Part shown: positions 9,132 to 19,006 of the stretch, piece after piece
Numbering within the stretch: position 1 is the stretch's first letter
Layout of the letters: every line of letters starts with the position of its first letter
Virus record (IMG/VR): IMGVR_UViG_2687453145_000002
Span: 32,001 to 96,000 of that record
Length of the DNA stretch: 64,000 nucleotides
Reading direction: 5' to 3' (one strand)
Source of the DNA: a virus
Taxonomy: Duplodnaviria; Caudoviricetes
Notes under the pieces: generated by a model
Told to the model about the DNA's origin: nothing
Seen by the model: only the letters and a program-made list of their open reading frames with translations
Databases searched by the model: none
Position numbers and translations under genes: made by a program

Positions 9132-9569
9132 ATGAGCGACAAGATTGCCGTGGTTTACATCGGCGACAAGCCGAGCAAGAAAGACACGGTCACCGGCAGC
9201 CGCCTGGTCTTCCCGCGCCATACCGCAGTGGATGTGGAGAGTCACATCGCCATGCAATTGCTGGAGTTCCCGACCGTCTGGATCCGCCATGAGGCACTGG
9301 CAGGCGAACTGGAGCGGCAGGAGACAGCTGCCCAGGCTACCGCCGACGAGCAGGCGCGCCTCGCCGCCGAGCAGGCCCGCCTGGCGGAAGAGCAGAGCAT
9401 GGTGGTCGGTGAGCGCGACCTGGCCAAGATGACCTCTGCCCAACTGGCCACCCTGGTGGAAGGGGAAGATCTGGATATCGAGCCGCAGGGCCCGCAAGAG
9501 AAGGTGCCCGAATACCGGGTGCGCGTGCGTGATGCCCTGAAGGCCAAGCTGGCAGAGCAGGGGGAATAG
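9132..9569 (+). CDS. Hypothetical morphogenesis protein
   Basis: AGGAG RBS, coding-like codon use, operon position. Confidence 0.7.
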   Translation: MSDKIAVVYIGDKPSKKDTVTGSRLVFPRHTAVDVESHIAMQLLEFPTVWIRHEALAGELERQETAAQATADEQARLAAEQARLAEEQSMVVGERDLAKMTSAQLATLVEGEDLDIEPQGPQEKVPEYRVRVRDALKAKLAEQGE

Positions 9570-9570
9570 C

Positions 9571-10152
9571 ATGCAGATGGTGTCGCGTGAGCAGTTCCTG
9601 CCCACCGTCAGGCTGCACATCACCGGCCCGCTCGAAGTCATGCTGAGTGAGGCCGTCACAGAGGCGGCCATCACCTTCTGCCGGGAGTCGGCCTTGCTGA
9701 CCCTTGACCGACTGCTGCCCAGCGCGTCAGCCGGCAGCCTGGTGGAGGTCTGCAACATCAGCGGGATGACATCGTGCAATGTGCTGCACCTGACCGGAGA
9801 AGGGGGCGCACCATTTGTCAGCGGGCGAGACTTCTTCGCCATGTCTGCCAATGAACTGAGCATCCTGACAGATCTCTGCAATGTGCGGATCTGGTATGTG
9901 GCTGCCCCGGTAAAAGGCGCCAAAGAGCTCCCCGCGCAGCTTTACCACGAGCACGCCGAGGCCATCGCTCATGGTGTTGCCGCGTTGCTCTATGCCCAGC
10001 CTGATCGCCCTTGGTCTGACCCCAAGCGCGCCAGCTACCACCGTTCCGAGTTTGTCGAGGGATGGCGTCGTGCCGGGCGGTTCCGCAAGCAGCATAGCGC
10101 CCCGACTCAAGTCGAGTTCTACAACCCGCCCCGTAAGCACTGCTTTTTCTGA
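9571..10152 (+). CDS. Putative head completion/adaptor protein
   Basis: EAAITFC and PWSDP motifs typical of podovirus adaptors; synteny. Confidence 0.55.
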   Translation: MQMVSREQFLPTVRLHITGPLEVMLSEAVTEAAITFCRESALLTLDRLLPSASAGSLVEVCNISGMTSCNVLHLTGEGGAPFVSGRDFFAMSANELSILTDLCNVRIWYVAAPVKGAKELPAQLYHEHAEAIAHGVAALLYAQPDRPWSDPKRASYHRSEFVEGWRRAGRFRKQHSAPTQVEFYNPPRKHCFF

Positions 10153-10167
10153 TCCCAAGGACACATC

Positions 10168-10845
10168 ATGGCTACCGTGACCGTTGCAACCATCCTCAAG
10201 CGGGTAAACACCTTGCTTGTCGATCCTACTTTTACCCGCTGGCCCAAGCAGGAGCTGCTGGACTACTACAACGACGCGACCAAGGCGATCGTGCTGGTGC
10301 GCCCTGACGCACACACCAAGAACACCGAGTTCACCTGTGCGGCTGGTACCAAGCAGACTCTGCCGGCCGACGCTCTTCGCCTCATTGAGGTGCTGCGGAA
10401 TGCTAACGGCAAGGTGATCCGCTACGTGGTGCGCAAGGCGCTGGATGACAGCTACCCCGACTGGCACTCCAGCAACACCGCGACCACGGTGGACAACTAC
10501 ACCTACGAGGAGCGGGATCCGAAGACCTTCTATCTGCATCCAGGCCCGGCCGCGGCGGTGAAAGTGGATGTGATCTATTCGGTTGCCCCTCAGTCCAAGG
10601 CGTTGGCCGAAGTGGAGAGTGCTCAGAGCCCGGCGCTGGCTGACCTGGATGACATCTACATCAACCCGATCATCGACTTTATGCTCTACCGCTGCTTCTC
10701 CAAGGATGCGGAGTATTCGGCCAACTCCAATCGGGCTGCTGGTCACTACAACGCCTTCTTGCAACAGCTCGGAGAGAAAACCCAAGTAGACGCGAGCATG
10801 GAAGCGCGCCAGCAGGCCAGTTTTGGCCGGGTAACCGGTCAGTAA
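10168..10845 (+). CDS. Putative head-tail adaptor (DUF6682-like)
   Basis: RWPKQELLDYYND...YRCFSKDAE...HYNAF pattern. Confidence 0.6.
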   Translation: MATVTVATILKRVNTLLVDPTFTRWPKQELLDYYNDATKAIVLVRPDAHTKNTEFTCAAGTKQTLPADALRLIEVLRNANGKVIRYVVRKALDDSYPDWHSSNTATTVDNYTYEERDPKTFYLHPGPAAAVKVDVIYSVAPQSKALAEVESAQSPALADLDDIYINPIIDFMLYRCFSKDAEYSANSNRAAGHYNAFLQQLGEKTQVDASMEARQQASFGRVTGQ

Positions 10846-10855
10846 GGGGGCGTAG

Positions 10856-12490
10856 ATGGCTGGTATTTGGTATCGAGCTGGCACCGTCGCTGTCACCGCT
10901 GGCAGCACCAAGGTTGTTGGCACAGGCACCACTTGGAGGAGTGGTGTTTACAAGCCTGACAAGGGGCACATCTTCTGGGGGCCTGATGGTCGGGCGTATG
11001 AGGTGGACTACGTGGAGAGCGATACCGTTCTCTATCTGGTTACAGCCTATGTTGGTGGGTCTGCCACTGGACAGGCATACTCGATAGTCATCTCCATCAC
11101 GGGGCAGGTTCCGGCATTTAGTCGAGAGCTATCGGCCTTTGTGGCGTACCACCAGAGTCAGATGGATGGCTGGCAGAAGCTGCTCACCGGCACCGGCGAT
11201 GTGACGCTTACCGCGCCGGATGGCACCAAGATAACCACCCCGAGTTGGGATAAGGTGATGAACGCCGGTTATGGCGTGGTGGCACAGGCGACAGCGCAGG
11301 CAGGTATTGCCACGGCAGAGGCTGCCAAGGCTGCCGCCAGCGCCGGTGTGGCGGCAAATATCGTGGCCGCTGCTGCGCTGCCCATCCCGGATTTGTGGGC
11401 GCCGCTCACAGATGATCTGCGCCTCATCACCGGCCATGGCCGTGAGGTGAAAGTGGGCGAGGATGTGGTGGCAAAGATGGTGAACTTTAGCCGGGCCACG
11501 GCAGCGACATACACAGGAAAGGATGGAAAGCTGCGTGCAGCGGCAGTTAATGAGCCGCGCTTTGAGAAGAGCGGATTGCTGATTGAGGGTGACAGCACAA
11601 ACCTAATCTTAAACTCTAACATCCCATCCCAGCTTATAGGTTTTAAATCCGCAGGCTCTACCGTAGACCCTTTTGGCCAAGCAGATGCCGTTCTGCTTGA
11701 GGTTGAGGCTGTATCTGGTGGCTTGGCGGCTGTAAAATTCAATGACGGCTCGCCGGGATCTGCAAGCGGAATAAAGACAAGCTCTGTTTTTGTTAAAAGT
11801 ATTGGTAAGCCTGCAACTGTAAAAATTGAATGTGAGGACTCGGCGCCGAAGCAGGTTGTCATTCCTTCCGATAAATGGGTGCGGATATCAACAACAAGAG
11901 AAACACCATCTCCGTCCTATCAGGGGCACTTTTATGTGACCATGATGAATCATCAGGCTGGAGATAAAATTTCGTTTTATGGTGCGCAGTTAGAGTCATT
12001 GCCATTTGCCAGCTCATATATCCCGACATCTGGCGCGGCTGTGACGAGAGCTCGTGACGTGGTGTCACTGCCCAAATCCAATATCCCAGCACGGGAGCAC
12101 ACAATTGCCGTTCAGCTATCAATCCGCGATACAAGATATCGCCATTCATGGGTTGTACAAGGTGGATATATCTGCCTGAGTATTCCTCCAGACGGGTCAG
12201 TGAGAGGGTGGGATTATGATGCTACGGTTGTTACGCCTAGCTTTGGTGATTCACTCCATAACATTGTCGTTGGATGTAGATTAAGGGCTGACGATCGATC
12301 CGTATTTGCTAACGGGGTGATAACAACAAAGCCGAATGCTGGTGTGGCTGAGCCAAGCAGAATGTTTCCGGGTGAGGATAATACTCTGTCAATAGGTTCG
12401 TATTCTGGTGCCCACTACTTATATGGACATATAAAAAATATTCGTGTTTTTAGTGTTCTTAGTGATGAGCAAATAAAGGGGCTTGGTTGA
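10856..12490 (+). CDS. Tail fibre / receptor-binding protein
   Basis: WYRAGTVAVT..V.GTGT.W fibre N-terminus; SSYIPTSGAAVTR; lower-GC beta-rich distal half. Confidence 0.8.
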   Translation: MAGIWYRAGTVAVTAGSTKVVGTGTTWRSGVYKPDKGHIFWGPDGRAYEVDYVESDTVLYLVTAYVGGSATGQAYSIVISITGQVPAFSRELSAFVAYHQSQMDGWQKLLTGTGDVTLTAPDGTKITTPSWDKVMNAGYGVVAQATAQAGIATAEAAKAAASAGVAANIVAAAALPIPDLWAPLTDDLRLITGHGREVKVGEDVVAKMVNFSRATAATYTGKDGKLRAAAVNEPRFEKSGLLIEGDSTNLILNSNIPSQLIGFKSAGSTVDPFGQADAVLLEVEAVSGGLAAVKFNDGSPGSASGIKTSSVFVKSIGKPATVKIECEDSAPKQVVIPSDKWVRISTTRETPSPSYQGHFYVTMMNHQAGDKISFYGAQLESLPFASSYIPTSGAAVTRARDVVSLPKSNIPAREHTIAVQLSIRDTRYRHSWVVQGGYICLSIPPDGSVRGWDYDATVVTPSFGDSLHNIVVGCRLRADDRSVFANGVITTKPNAGVAEPSRMFPGEDNTLSIGSYSGAHYLYGHIKNIRVFSVLSDEQIKGLG

Positions 12491-12798
12491 TGTTTATAGA
12501 CCTCAATTTGAAATCACCAGATCATGAAACAATGTTTTCCGCATTGGTTGCGGCAGGCTTTATAAACGGCGAGCCTGGGCATTTGTACCATCCAGCTGCA
12601 TCGCTTGTGCTGCTTCCTTTTGGCATGGTGACAAGAAAAACAGGAATGATGATAGATGGCCCGCTAGGAATCCAGATCGAGGAGGTGCAGCCGGTGCCAG
12701 GATATCATGCCAACGTGCGAACCACTGACGCCGCCCTTGCCGCCGCGCTGGCTCCGGTGACGGTGGTGGTCGAATCGCCCCAGTATGTCTGGGCATAG
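12490..12798 (+). CDS. Probable tail-fibre partner/chaperone
   Basis: Overlaps fibre stop; GYHANVR...VWA C-terminus. Confidence 0.6.
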   Translation: MFIDLNLKSPDHETMFSALVAAGFINGEPGHLYHPAASLVLLPFGMVTRKTGMMIDGPLGIQIEEVQPVPGYHANVRTTDAALAAALAPVTVVVESPQYVWA

Positions 12799-12818
12799 TT
12801 GTGGCTTGGTAACATCGC

Positions 12819-12893
12819 TTGCCTCCTAACGCTGCTGGCGTTAGGATTTACCCATCATGGCCCGCTCTATTCTGAGTGGGCCTTTTTGTTTTC
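12819..12893 (+). promoter_or_regulatory. Late promoter+terminator unit 2
   Basis: TTGCCT-17-TAGGAT with GGCGT before -10, then GGCCC hairpin and T tract. Confidence 0.6.
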
Positions 12894-12911
12894 TGCCTGC
12901 CGAGATCTCCC

Positions 12912-14516
12912 ATGTCAGTCATCGATATCGTCACCATGCGAGGTGTTACGCCGCGCGTGGAACCTCACCTTTTGCCTGATGAAGTAGCAGTGTTTGCCCG
13001 CGATTGTCATTTCGATCACGGCGTTATCTCACCGCTAGAGGAAGATGTCAGCGCTGGCATCACCTTGCCAATCACCCCGCAAACTCTGTTCAAGTACGGC
13101 CTGAACTGGTTTGCATGGAACAAGATCGTCGAGGCAATCAACTCCCCGATCGCCCAAGATGCCTATGGCCGCGTCTATTACACAGATGGGGAATATCCGA
13201 AGGTAACTCACTTCCAGATCGCAACTGGCGGTGTCAACAAGCCTACGGCGTGGTACCGACTTGGTGTGCCTGCTCCAGGCGTTCCAGTTGGGGTTGGCGC
13301 AGTAACTCCCCCAGCTGGCGGCAAGGATGACTTGCTGACAGACGACGAGACCCGCTTCTATGTGGATACCTATGTAACAGCCATGGGCGAGGAGGGGCCG
13401 CCTGGTCCGGTAAGTGGCAAGGTGACCATCACAATCCCCAACTCTACGGTGGCACTATCTCTCACGCCGCCACAGTCACAGGACAACAATATCACCAAGC
13501 GTCGCGTCTACCGCTCTGTTTCTGGTGGCGGCTTGGCTGATTACCTGCTGGTTGCTGAGTTGCCTATCGCGCAAGCATCGTTTGTAGACAATCGCGCTGA
13601 CGGTGAGCTGGGGCCTGTGCTGGAGACCTACGGATATACGCCACCCCCAGCCTCTATGCGAGGTCTGTGCCAGATGGCCAACGGTATGTGTGCCGGGTTC
13701 GCGGGTAACTCGCTCTATCTGTGCGAGCCGTATTTGCCATATGCATGGCCAGAAAAGTACCGGCTTACCACTGAGCACGACATCGTGGCGATCGCTGCCA
13801 TCGATACCGCGCTGGTGATTGGCACCAAGGGTTACCCCTATCTTGCCCAAGGTGTCAGCCCGGCATCAGTGACCAACCAGAAGCTGAGTCAACTGCCGCA
13901 AGCGTGCATCAGTGCCAGATCCATGGTGGCTATGGATGGTGTGGTGCTGTACGCCTCACCAGATGGTTTGGTCGGGATTGGCGCCAGCGGTGGGCAGGTG
14001 GTGACAGAGCAGATCATCACTCGCAAGCAGTGGCAGGCCATGAAGCCTGAGACCATGCGAGCCTGGCACCACGAAGGTAAGTATGTGGCGATGACCGATA
14101 CCAGCGCCTTTATCTTTGACCCAAAGAGTGGTGACCTGCGCGAGCTGACAAACCGCTGGGATGCGGCCGTTTCGGATATGGAGAGCGATCGCCTATTTGT
14201 TGCCAAGGGTGCAGATCTGCAGGTATGGCGCGGCGGATCTGCCGGCAATGGTCAGTTCATTTGGAAATCAAAGTTGTTCATGATGCCTGACGGCACGTCG
14301 CTAGGCTGCTGCCGGCTGCTGGCTGACGATATCACCAAGGTCGGCATCAAGCTGACAGTGGATGGTGAGCAGGTAATGGAGATGCCTCCGGGCAACTTGG
14401 CATCCGGCACGTTCAGGCTGCCACCGGTGCGTGGTCGGTGGTGGCAGGTTGAGGTATCCGGCACCACTGTGGTTAAGCGAATCACCCTGGCTGGCTCAAT
14501 GGCGGAGTTGATGTAA
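12912..14516 (+). CDS. Tail tubular/nozzle protein
   Basis: 534-aa beta-rich ORF in podoviral tail position; EPYLPYAWP motif. Confidence 0.6.
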   Translation: MSVIDIVTMRGVTPRVEPHLLPDEVAVFARDCHFDHGVISPLEEDVSAGITLPITPQTLFKYGLNWFAWNKIVEAINSPIAQDAYGRVYYTDGEYPKVTHFQIATGGVNKPTAWYRLGVPAPGVPVGVGAVTPPAGGKDDLLTDDETRFYVDTYVTAMGEEGPPGPVSGKVTITIPNSTVALSLTPPQSQDNNITKRRVYRSVSGGGLADYLLVAELPIAQASFVDNRADGELGPVLETYGYTPPPASMRGLCQMANGMCAGFAGNSLYLCEPYLPYAWPEKYRLTTEHDIVAIAAIDTALVIGTKGYPYLAQGVSPASVTNQKLSQLPQACISARSMVAMDGVVLYASPDGLVGIGASGGQVVTEQIITRKQWQAMKPETMRAWHHEGKYVAMTDTSAFIFDPKSGDLRELTNRWDAAVSDMESDRLFVAKGADLQVWRGGSAGNGQFIWKSKLFMMPDGTSLGCCRLLADDITKVGIKLTVDGEQVMEMPPGNLASGTFRLPPVRGRWWQVEVSGTTVVKRITLAGSMAELM

Positions 14517-17317
14517 TGGCAAAACCAGCATATCGAGCAGGGCGTGACCAGACCGCTACTTCTGAAAACGTTGAACTGCTGACCGGCCAGCGCGGCGACA
14601 AGCTGGATAAGGCAGTTACCTTTCGAGAGCTGAACGCGCTTGGTTTGGCCACGCTGCGTCAAGGCCCTGGCGGTATCTATATTCCCGGCAAAAATCCAGA
14701 CCTCGTTGAGACTGGCGTGTACGACAAGCCGCACGCGCCGGTCAACGTGCAGGCCAGCGGGGCGTTTCATACCGTGCTGGTTGATTGGGATGGGCCGACG
14801 TACCGCGGGCATTCCCATGCAGAGGTGTGGCGTGCAGAGACCGATAGCCTGCCTGCCGCAACGCTGGTTGGCACCACTATCGCCAATATGTTCTCTGACG
14901 CCATCGGCAAGGGGGCCAAGTTTTATTATTGGGTCAGGTTCGTCAATGGCAAGGATGACCGAGGCCCGTTCCATGGCGAGCGTGGCGTTGTTGCAGAGAC
15001 CAGCCGTGATGTGCAGGATATCCTTGACGAGCTGCAGGGGAAAATTGAAAGCAGCCACCTGGCGCAGGAGTTGCTCAAACCTATCCTAGATGTTCCGCAA
15101 CTGTCAGTTATTGTCAACGAGACCAAGGCCAATCTGGCCGCGCTGGATGCGCGAGAGAAGCAGATTAATGATCTGCTGAATCATGCCCAGGGTGCGCTAG
15201 GCGATAACTATATCAACGTCACGCTGATTCAGGAGCAGCTGCGCCAGCTGATCAATGGTTACCAAACTGACTTCGAGGACTTCCGCGACGCTGTGTTTGC
15301 TGTTGATCCGAGCACGGGCGAGATCAACATGGAGGCGGTTAATGCCGTCAGATCAGAGCTTGGCGCGCTGATCACTCAAGTCAGCCAGCACCTCGATGCA
15401 GTCGAGGCCATCGTCAAGACCTGTGTCACCAGAGCCGAGATCAGCGCCGACCTGGAGAAAATCACCTCCATCGAGCAGCAGATCGACGGCATTAATGGGA
15501 AGCTGACCCAGACGGCCACCAAGTCTGAGGTTACCGCCGTTGGCTCGCAGGTGACGCAAGTCGGTCAGGAGCTTGATGTTGTAAAGGGGGCGTTGACGCA
15601 GAAGGCGGCCAAGACAGAAGTGGATGCCCAAGGCCAGCGCCTTACCGTCGCCGAGCAGCAGATCAGCGCCAACACCACTGCAAATTCCGCTACCGCCCAG
15701 CGCATCGCTCAACTCAAGAGCGAGCTGCAGCTGGCAGATCAGACCATCAAGAGCTCCATCACCGAATTGGCCCAGAGCGTAGCCAGCGATACGCAAGCAC
15801 TGGCTCAGAAAATGAGTTCCATGGAAGTCGCCATGGACGGCAACACCGCGGCCATCAGCGAGCTGCAACAGGCCATCAGCGGAGACGGGCAGTCGCTGGC
15901 CAGCAAGTTTGAAAACATGAGCGCCAGCGTTGACCTGGCTGGCGACGCCGCGATCGGTGCCACCTTGGCTGGAGCTGACGAGAGTGACCGCCAGCGCAAG
16001 GCCACAGGCAAGATCCGCCGTGAGCAGAAGGTACTGAGCGACCAGCAGCAGGCGATGGCAACCACCATTGAGCAGCTGGATGCAGAGTTTCAGGCTGAGT
16101 CTGCCGTTCTGCGCGGGCAGATCATCAATGAACAGACGGTACGAGCTACAGAAACAGGCGCATTGGCGCAGCGGGTAGGCACGGTAGAAGCCGAGTTCAA
16201 AGCTGCCGACAAAGCATTGGGTGCCAGTATCTCCGAGGTGGCAAAGACTAGCGCTGATGCTGATGGTGCTCTGGCAAATCAGATCCAGCAGGTGACCGCA
16301 GAGTTCAAGGAGGGGGATACCGCTCTATCAGGGCAGATCACCAGCGAGTCAGAGGCGAGGGCTAACGCTGATGGGGCGCTTGGCAAGCGTATCGACACTG
16401 TGACCGCCAAGACTGGCGAGCTGGAGTCAGCAGTGCAGACCCAAAGCCAAGCCATCGCAGACCTGGAAAATGGTGCTCAGGCCATGTGGGCCACCAAGGT
16501 GCAGGCTGGTGACATCACAGCCGGCATTGGCTTGGTGGCAAAGGATGACGGCACCAGCCAGGTGGCAATCTCTGCCAGTCAGGTTTTTGTATTCAACCCG
16601 AACAGCTCAACACCGATGGCACCACTATTCGCTATCGACAATGGCCAGGCCGTCATTGCCGAGGCCATCATCCGCAAGGCAACCATCCAGATCATCCAGT
16701 CCGAGAAGATCACGGCGGACTACATCAAAGCAGGGGTCAGCATGTCGGCGCCTGCGATCTCGGGCGGTTCCATCGATATGGGCAATGCCTTCCTGTCTGG
16801 TGGGGCAGCAGGGTTCGGTAAAGGCGGGCCTTATGCCAGTTGGGGATTCGGCTGGTACACGATGATCTATGCGGACGGCAGCATCTATACCAACCGACTT
16901 CGTGCAGAAGGCGGTTATGTGAAGAACATGACCATGAACAACTGCACGATTGAGCAGGATTGTGAAGTGAAGGGGACTGTCTATGCACAGAAAATTGTGG
17001 GTGACATTGTCAGGACGTATGCCTTGAATCCAGCCTCCCCAGTACAGTTACCTGCGATGCCATTTGCCAGAAAATGTACTTTTATGCTGACCGTTTCAAG
17101 TGGGTCATCAACTACGACAGCGCGAGTTTACATCAATGGCGTAGAAAGGGGGTCCTTGACCGCGAGAGATTACGGTATCGGCCAGGGATCGACAATGAAC
17201 AAGAATTTTGAGTTTTTGCTGGCAGCCAACCAAGCGTACACGATCAGCTATGACCGAGATAATAAAGATTACGCCTATGCTTCGAGCTCCTGTTTATCGA
17301 TCGTGTGTTTGGCATGA
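14516..17317 (+). CDS. Host-specificity / J-like tail protein
   Basis: FN3-like YYWVRFVN domain, long coiled coil, AGIGL...F.I.NGQAVI (DUF1983-like). Confidence 0.7.
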   Translation: MAKPAYRAGRDQTATSENVELLTGQRGDKLDKAVTFRELNALGLATLRQGPGGIYIPGKNPDLVETGVYDKPHAPVNVQASGAFHTVLVDWDGPTYRGHSHAEVWRAETDSLPAATLVGTTIANMFSDAIGKGAKFYYWVRFVNGKDDRGPFHGERGVVAETSRDVQDILDELQGKIESSHLAQELLKPILDVPQLSVIVNETKANLAALDAREKQINDLLNHAQGALGDNYINVTLIQEQLRQLINGYQTDFEDFRDAVFAVDPSTGEINMEAVNAVRSELGALITQVSQHLDAVEAIVKTCVTRAEISADLEKITSIEQQIDGINGKLTQTATKSEVTAVGSQVTQVGQELDVVKGALTQKAAKTEVDAQGQRLTVAEQQISANTTANSATAQRIAQLKSELQLADQTIKSSITELAQSVASDTQALAQKMSSMEVAMDGNTAAISELQQAISGDGQSLASKFENMSASVDLAGDAAIGATLAGADESDRQRKATGKIRREQKVLSDQQQAMATTIEQLDAEFQAESAVLRGQIINEQTVRATETGALAQRVGTVEAEFKAADKALGASISEVAKTSADADGALANQIQQVTAEFKEGDTALSGQITSESEARANADGALGKRIDTVTAKTGELESAVQTQSQAIADLENGAQAMWATKVQAGDITAGIGLVAKDDGTSQVAISASQVFVFNPNSSTPMAPLFAIDNGQAVIAEAIIRKATIQIIQSEKITADYIKAGVSMSAPAISGGSIDMGNAFLSGGAAGFGKGGPYASWGFGWYTMIYADGSIYTNRLRAEGGYVKNMTMNNCTIEQDCEVKGTVYAQKIVGDIVRTYALNPASPVQLPAMPFARKCTFMLTVSSGSSTTTARVYINGVERGSLTARDYGIGQGSTMNKNFEFLLAANQAYTISYDRDNKDYAYASSSCLSIVCLA

Positions 17318-17685
17318 TGAGCATGGTTCGAAACCCTATCACCCGTATTTCAACGGACACAGGTAACCCTGGCCTATCTGTCGAACTGCAAGACGCCATC
17401 CGAAACCGGATGGCGTTTTTGTTTGTGCGTGGCGATGACGGGTTTGTGCTCAAGCCACAGGCAGAAGATGGCGTGATCGGTGTCCTGGTCTGGGTGGGGT
17501 GGGGAGATGGCAGGGCGCCTGAGCGGCACTTGCCGGAAGTGAAGCGCCTGGCGCGCCTGATAGGGGCACGCTGGCTGCGCTTCCACTCGGCGCGTAAGGG
17601 GTGGCTCAAGGTTGCGCCAAGAATGGGATGGGTCCGTCAGCCGGATGATGCTGATGGGCTCTATGTGTTTCAGATCAACCTATGA
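17314..17685 (+). CDS. Hypothetical protein (possibly acetyltransferase-like fold)
   Basis: Overlaps previous stop, precedes ejection genes. Confidence 0.55.
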   Translation: MMSMVRNPITRISTDTGNPGLSVELQDAIRNRMAFLFVRGDDGFVLKPQAEDGVIGVLVWVGWGDGRAPERHLPEVKRLARLIGARWLRFHSARKGWLKVAPRMGWVRQPDDADGLYVFQINL

Positions 17686-17695
17686 GGTGTAGGTG

Positions 17696-18373
17696 ATGGG
17701 GAAGGGTGGCTCGAACGAAATTCAGGAGACCGAGGCTCAGAAGGCTGCGGCCAGTGTGGCCATGGAGCAGTGGGATCTCTACAAGAACGACCTGCAGCAG
17801 TACGAGGACTATTTCATCGAGAAGGTGGATGACCTCAACGGTGAGGGGAAGTACGACAAACTGGCAGGCACGGCAGCGCTTGGCGCGGCAAAAACCTTTG
17901 GCGACGCCAGAAAGGGGCAGGCCGATGCCATGGCTGCCAGCGGCATCGACCCGACCAGCGGGCGGTACCAGGAGACGATGGTCGGGCTTGAGACGGATCA
18001 GGCCCTGAGCCAGACGGACACGGCCAATCGAGCGCAGTCCAGCCAGCAAGACAGGCATGTGGCTGGCCTCAAGGATGTGGTGAGCATTGGCGCCGGGCAG
18101 AAAGCGGAGTCCCTGGCGGGTATGGGGGATGTGGCCACGACCAGCCTGCGCAAGTCGGTGAGTGATGCGCAGATCTCGTTCCAGAATCGACAGGCCACGG
18201 CTGGCATGGTGGGTACCGTGCTGGGGGCGGGGGCGTCGTATGGACTGGCCAGCCTGAAAGCGCCGACGGTTACCAGCAACAGTGATGTTGCATCACATCT
18301 CGATAGCACTAAGACGCTCGCTGATAACCGCGTCTATAACCCCAACGCAAAAACGTATTTGGGAGGTAGGTAA
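17696..18373 (+). CDS. Putative ejection/internal virion protein
   Basis: MGKGG start, helical body, Gly-rich hydrophobic C-terminal segment. Confidence 0.6.
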   Translation: MGKGGSNEIQETEAQKAAASVAMEQWDLYKNDLQQYEDYFIEKVDDLNGEGKYDKLAGTAALGAAKTFGDARKGQADAMAASGIDPTSGRYQETMVGLETDQALSQTDTANRAQSSQQDRHVAGLKDVVSIGAGQKAESLAGMGDVATTSLRKSVSDAQISFQNRQATAGMVGTVLGAGASYGLASLKAPTVTSNSDVASHLDSTKTLADNRVYNPNAKTYLGGR

Positions 18374-18375
18374 CC

Positions 18376-18756
18376 ATGGGTTACGCCGCAGACACTTACG
18401 CCAAAATCACCCGCGAGCAATACCAGGACTGGAAGACTCGCTTCTATCCCAAGCAGCAGGAGCTGATGGATCTGGCCACCAACGGCGAGCTGCTCAGGGA
18501 ACAACTGGGCCGGGTGGGCGAGAACAACACCAACGCCTTGCGCTCTGCTCAGCAGGCCACGGCCAATCGCAATGCACGCATGGGGGTCAACACTGACAGC
18601 AACGCCGGCGACAACAGCCAGGGTCTGCGCATGGCCCTGATGACGGCGGGGACCGAGAACGGGCTGCGTGAGCAGGAGCAAGCTCGTCAGATGGGGATCC
18701 TGACGGGGGCTGATGCTGGACTGCGTGAAGCAATCAAGACAGGGGGTAAGGTCTGA
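18376..18756 (+). CDS. Putative internal virion protein
   Basis: GGAGG RBS, tight operon packing. Confidence 0.6.
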   Translation: MGYAADTYAKITREQYQDWKTRFYPKQQELMDLATNGELLREQLGRVGENNTNALRSAQQATANRNARMGVNTDSNAGDNSQGLRMALMTAGTENGLREQEQARQMGILTGADAGLREAIKTGGKV

Positions 18757-18995
18757 TGGGGTACGGGATTCTGGATATTGGCGCCCAAACGCGCCAGCAG
18801 GGTATGGCTGGCCTGCGTGATGCGGCTAACCGTGAAAACGAAATAGAGATGGGGAACAAGCAACTCAAGGCGCAGAAGAAGCAGGGCACCATGAGCGCAA
18901 TCGGCACCGGGGCGGCAGTCGGCTTTTCGGTCGGTGGCCCGGTCGGGGCGGCAGTGGGCGCGGGTGTGGGCTTTCTGGCAAGCAGCTTATTTTGA
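18756..18995 (+). CDS. Small glycine-zipper virion protein
   Basis: GTGAAVG..GGPVGAAVGAGVG motif. Confidence 0.65.
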   Translation: MGYGILDIGAQTRQQGMAGLRDAANRENEIEMGNKQLKAQKKQGTMSAIGTGAAVGFSVGGPVGAAVGAGVGFLASSLF

Positions 18996-19006
18996 GGAGA
19001 GTGGGG

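Noticed and set aside
10856-17317. Diversity-generating retroelement or invertible tail cassette
   Set aside because: No reverse transcriptase, invertase or template/variable repeat pair seen in the window
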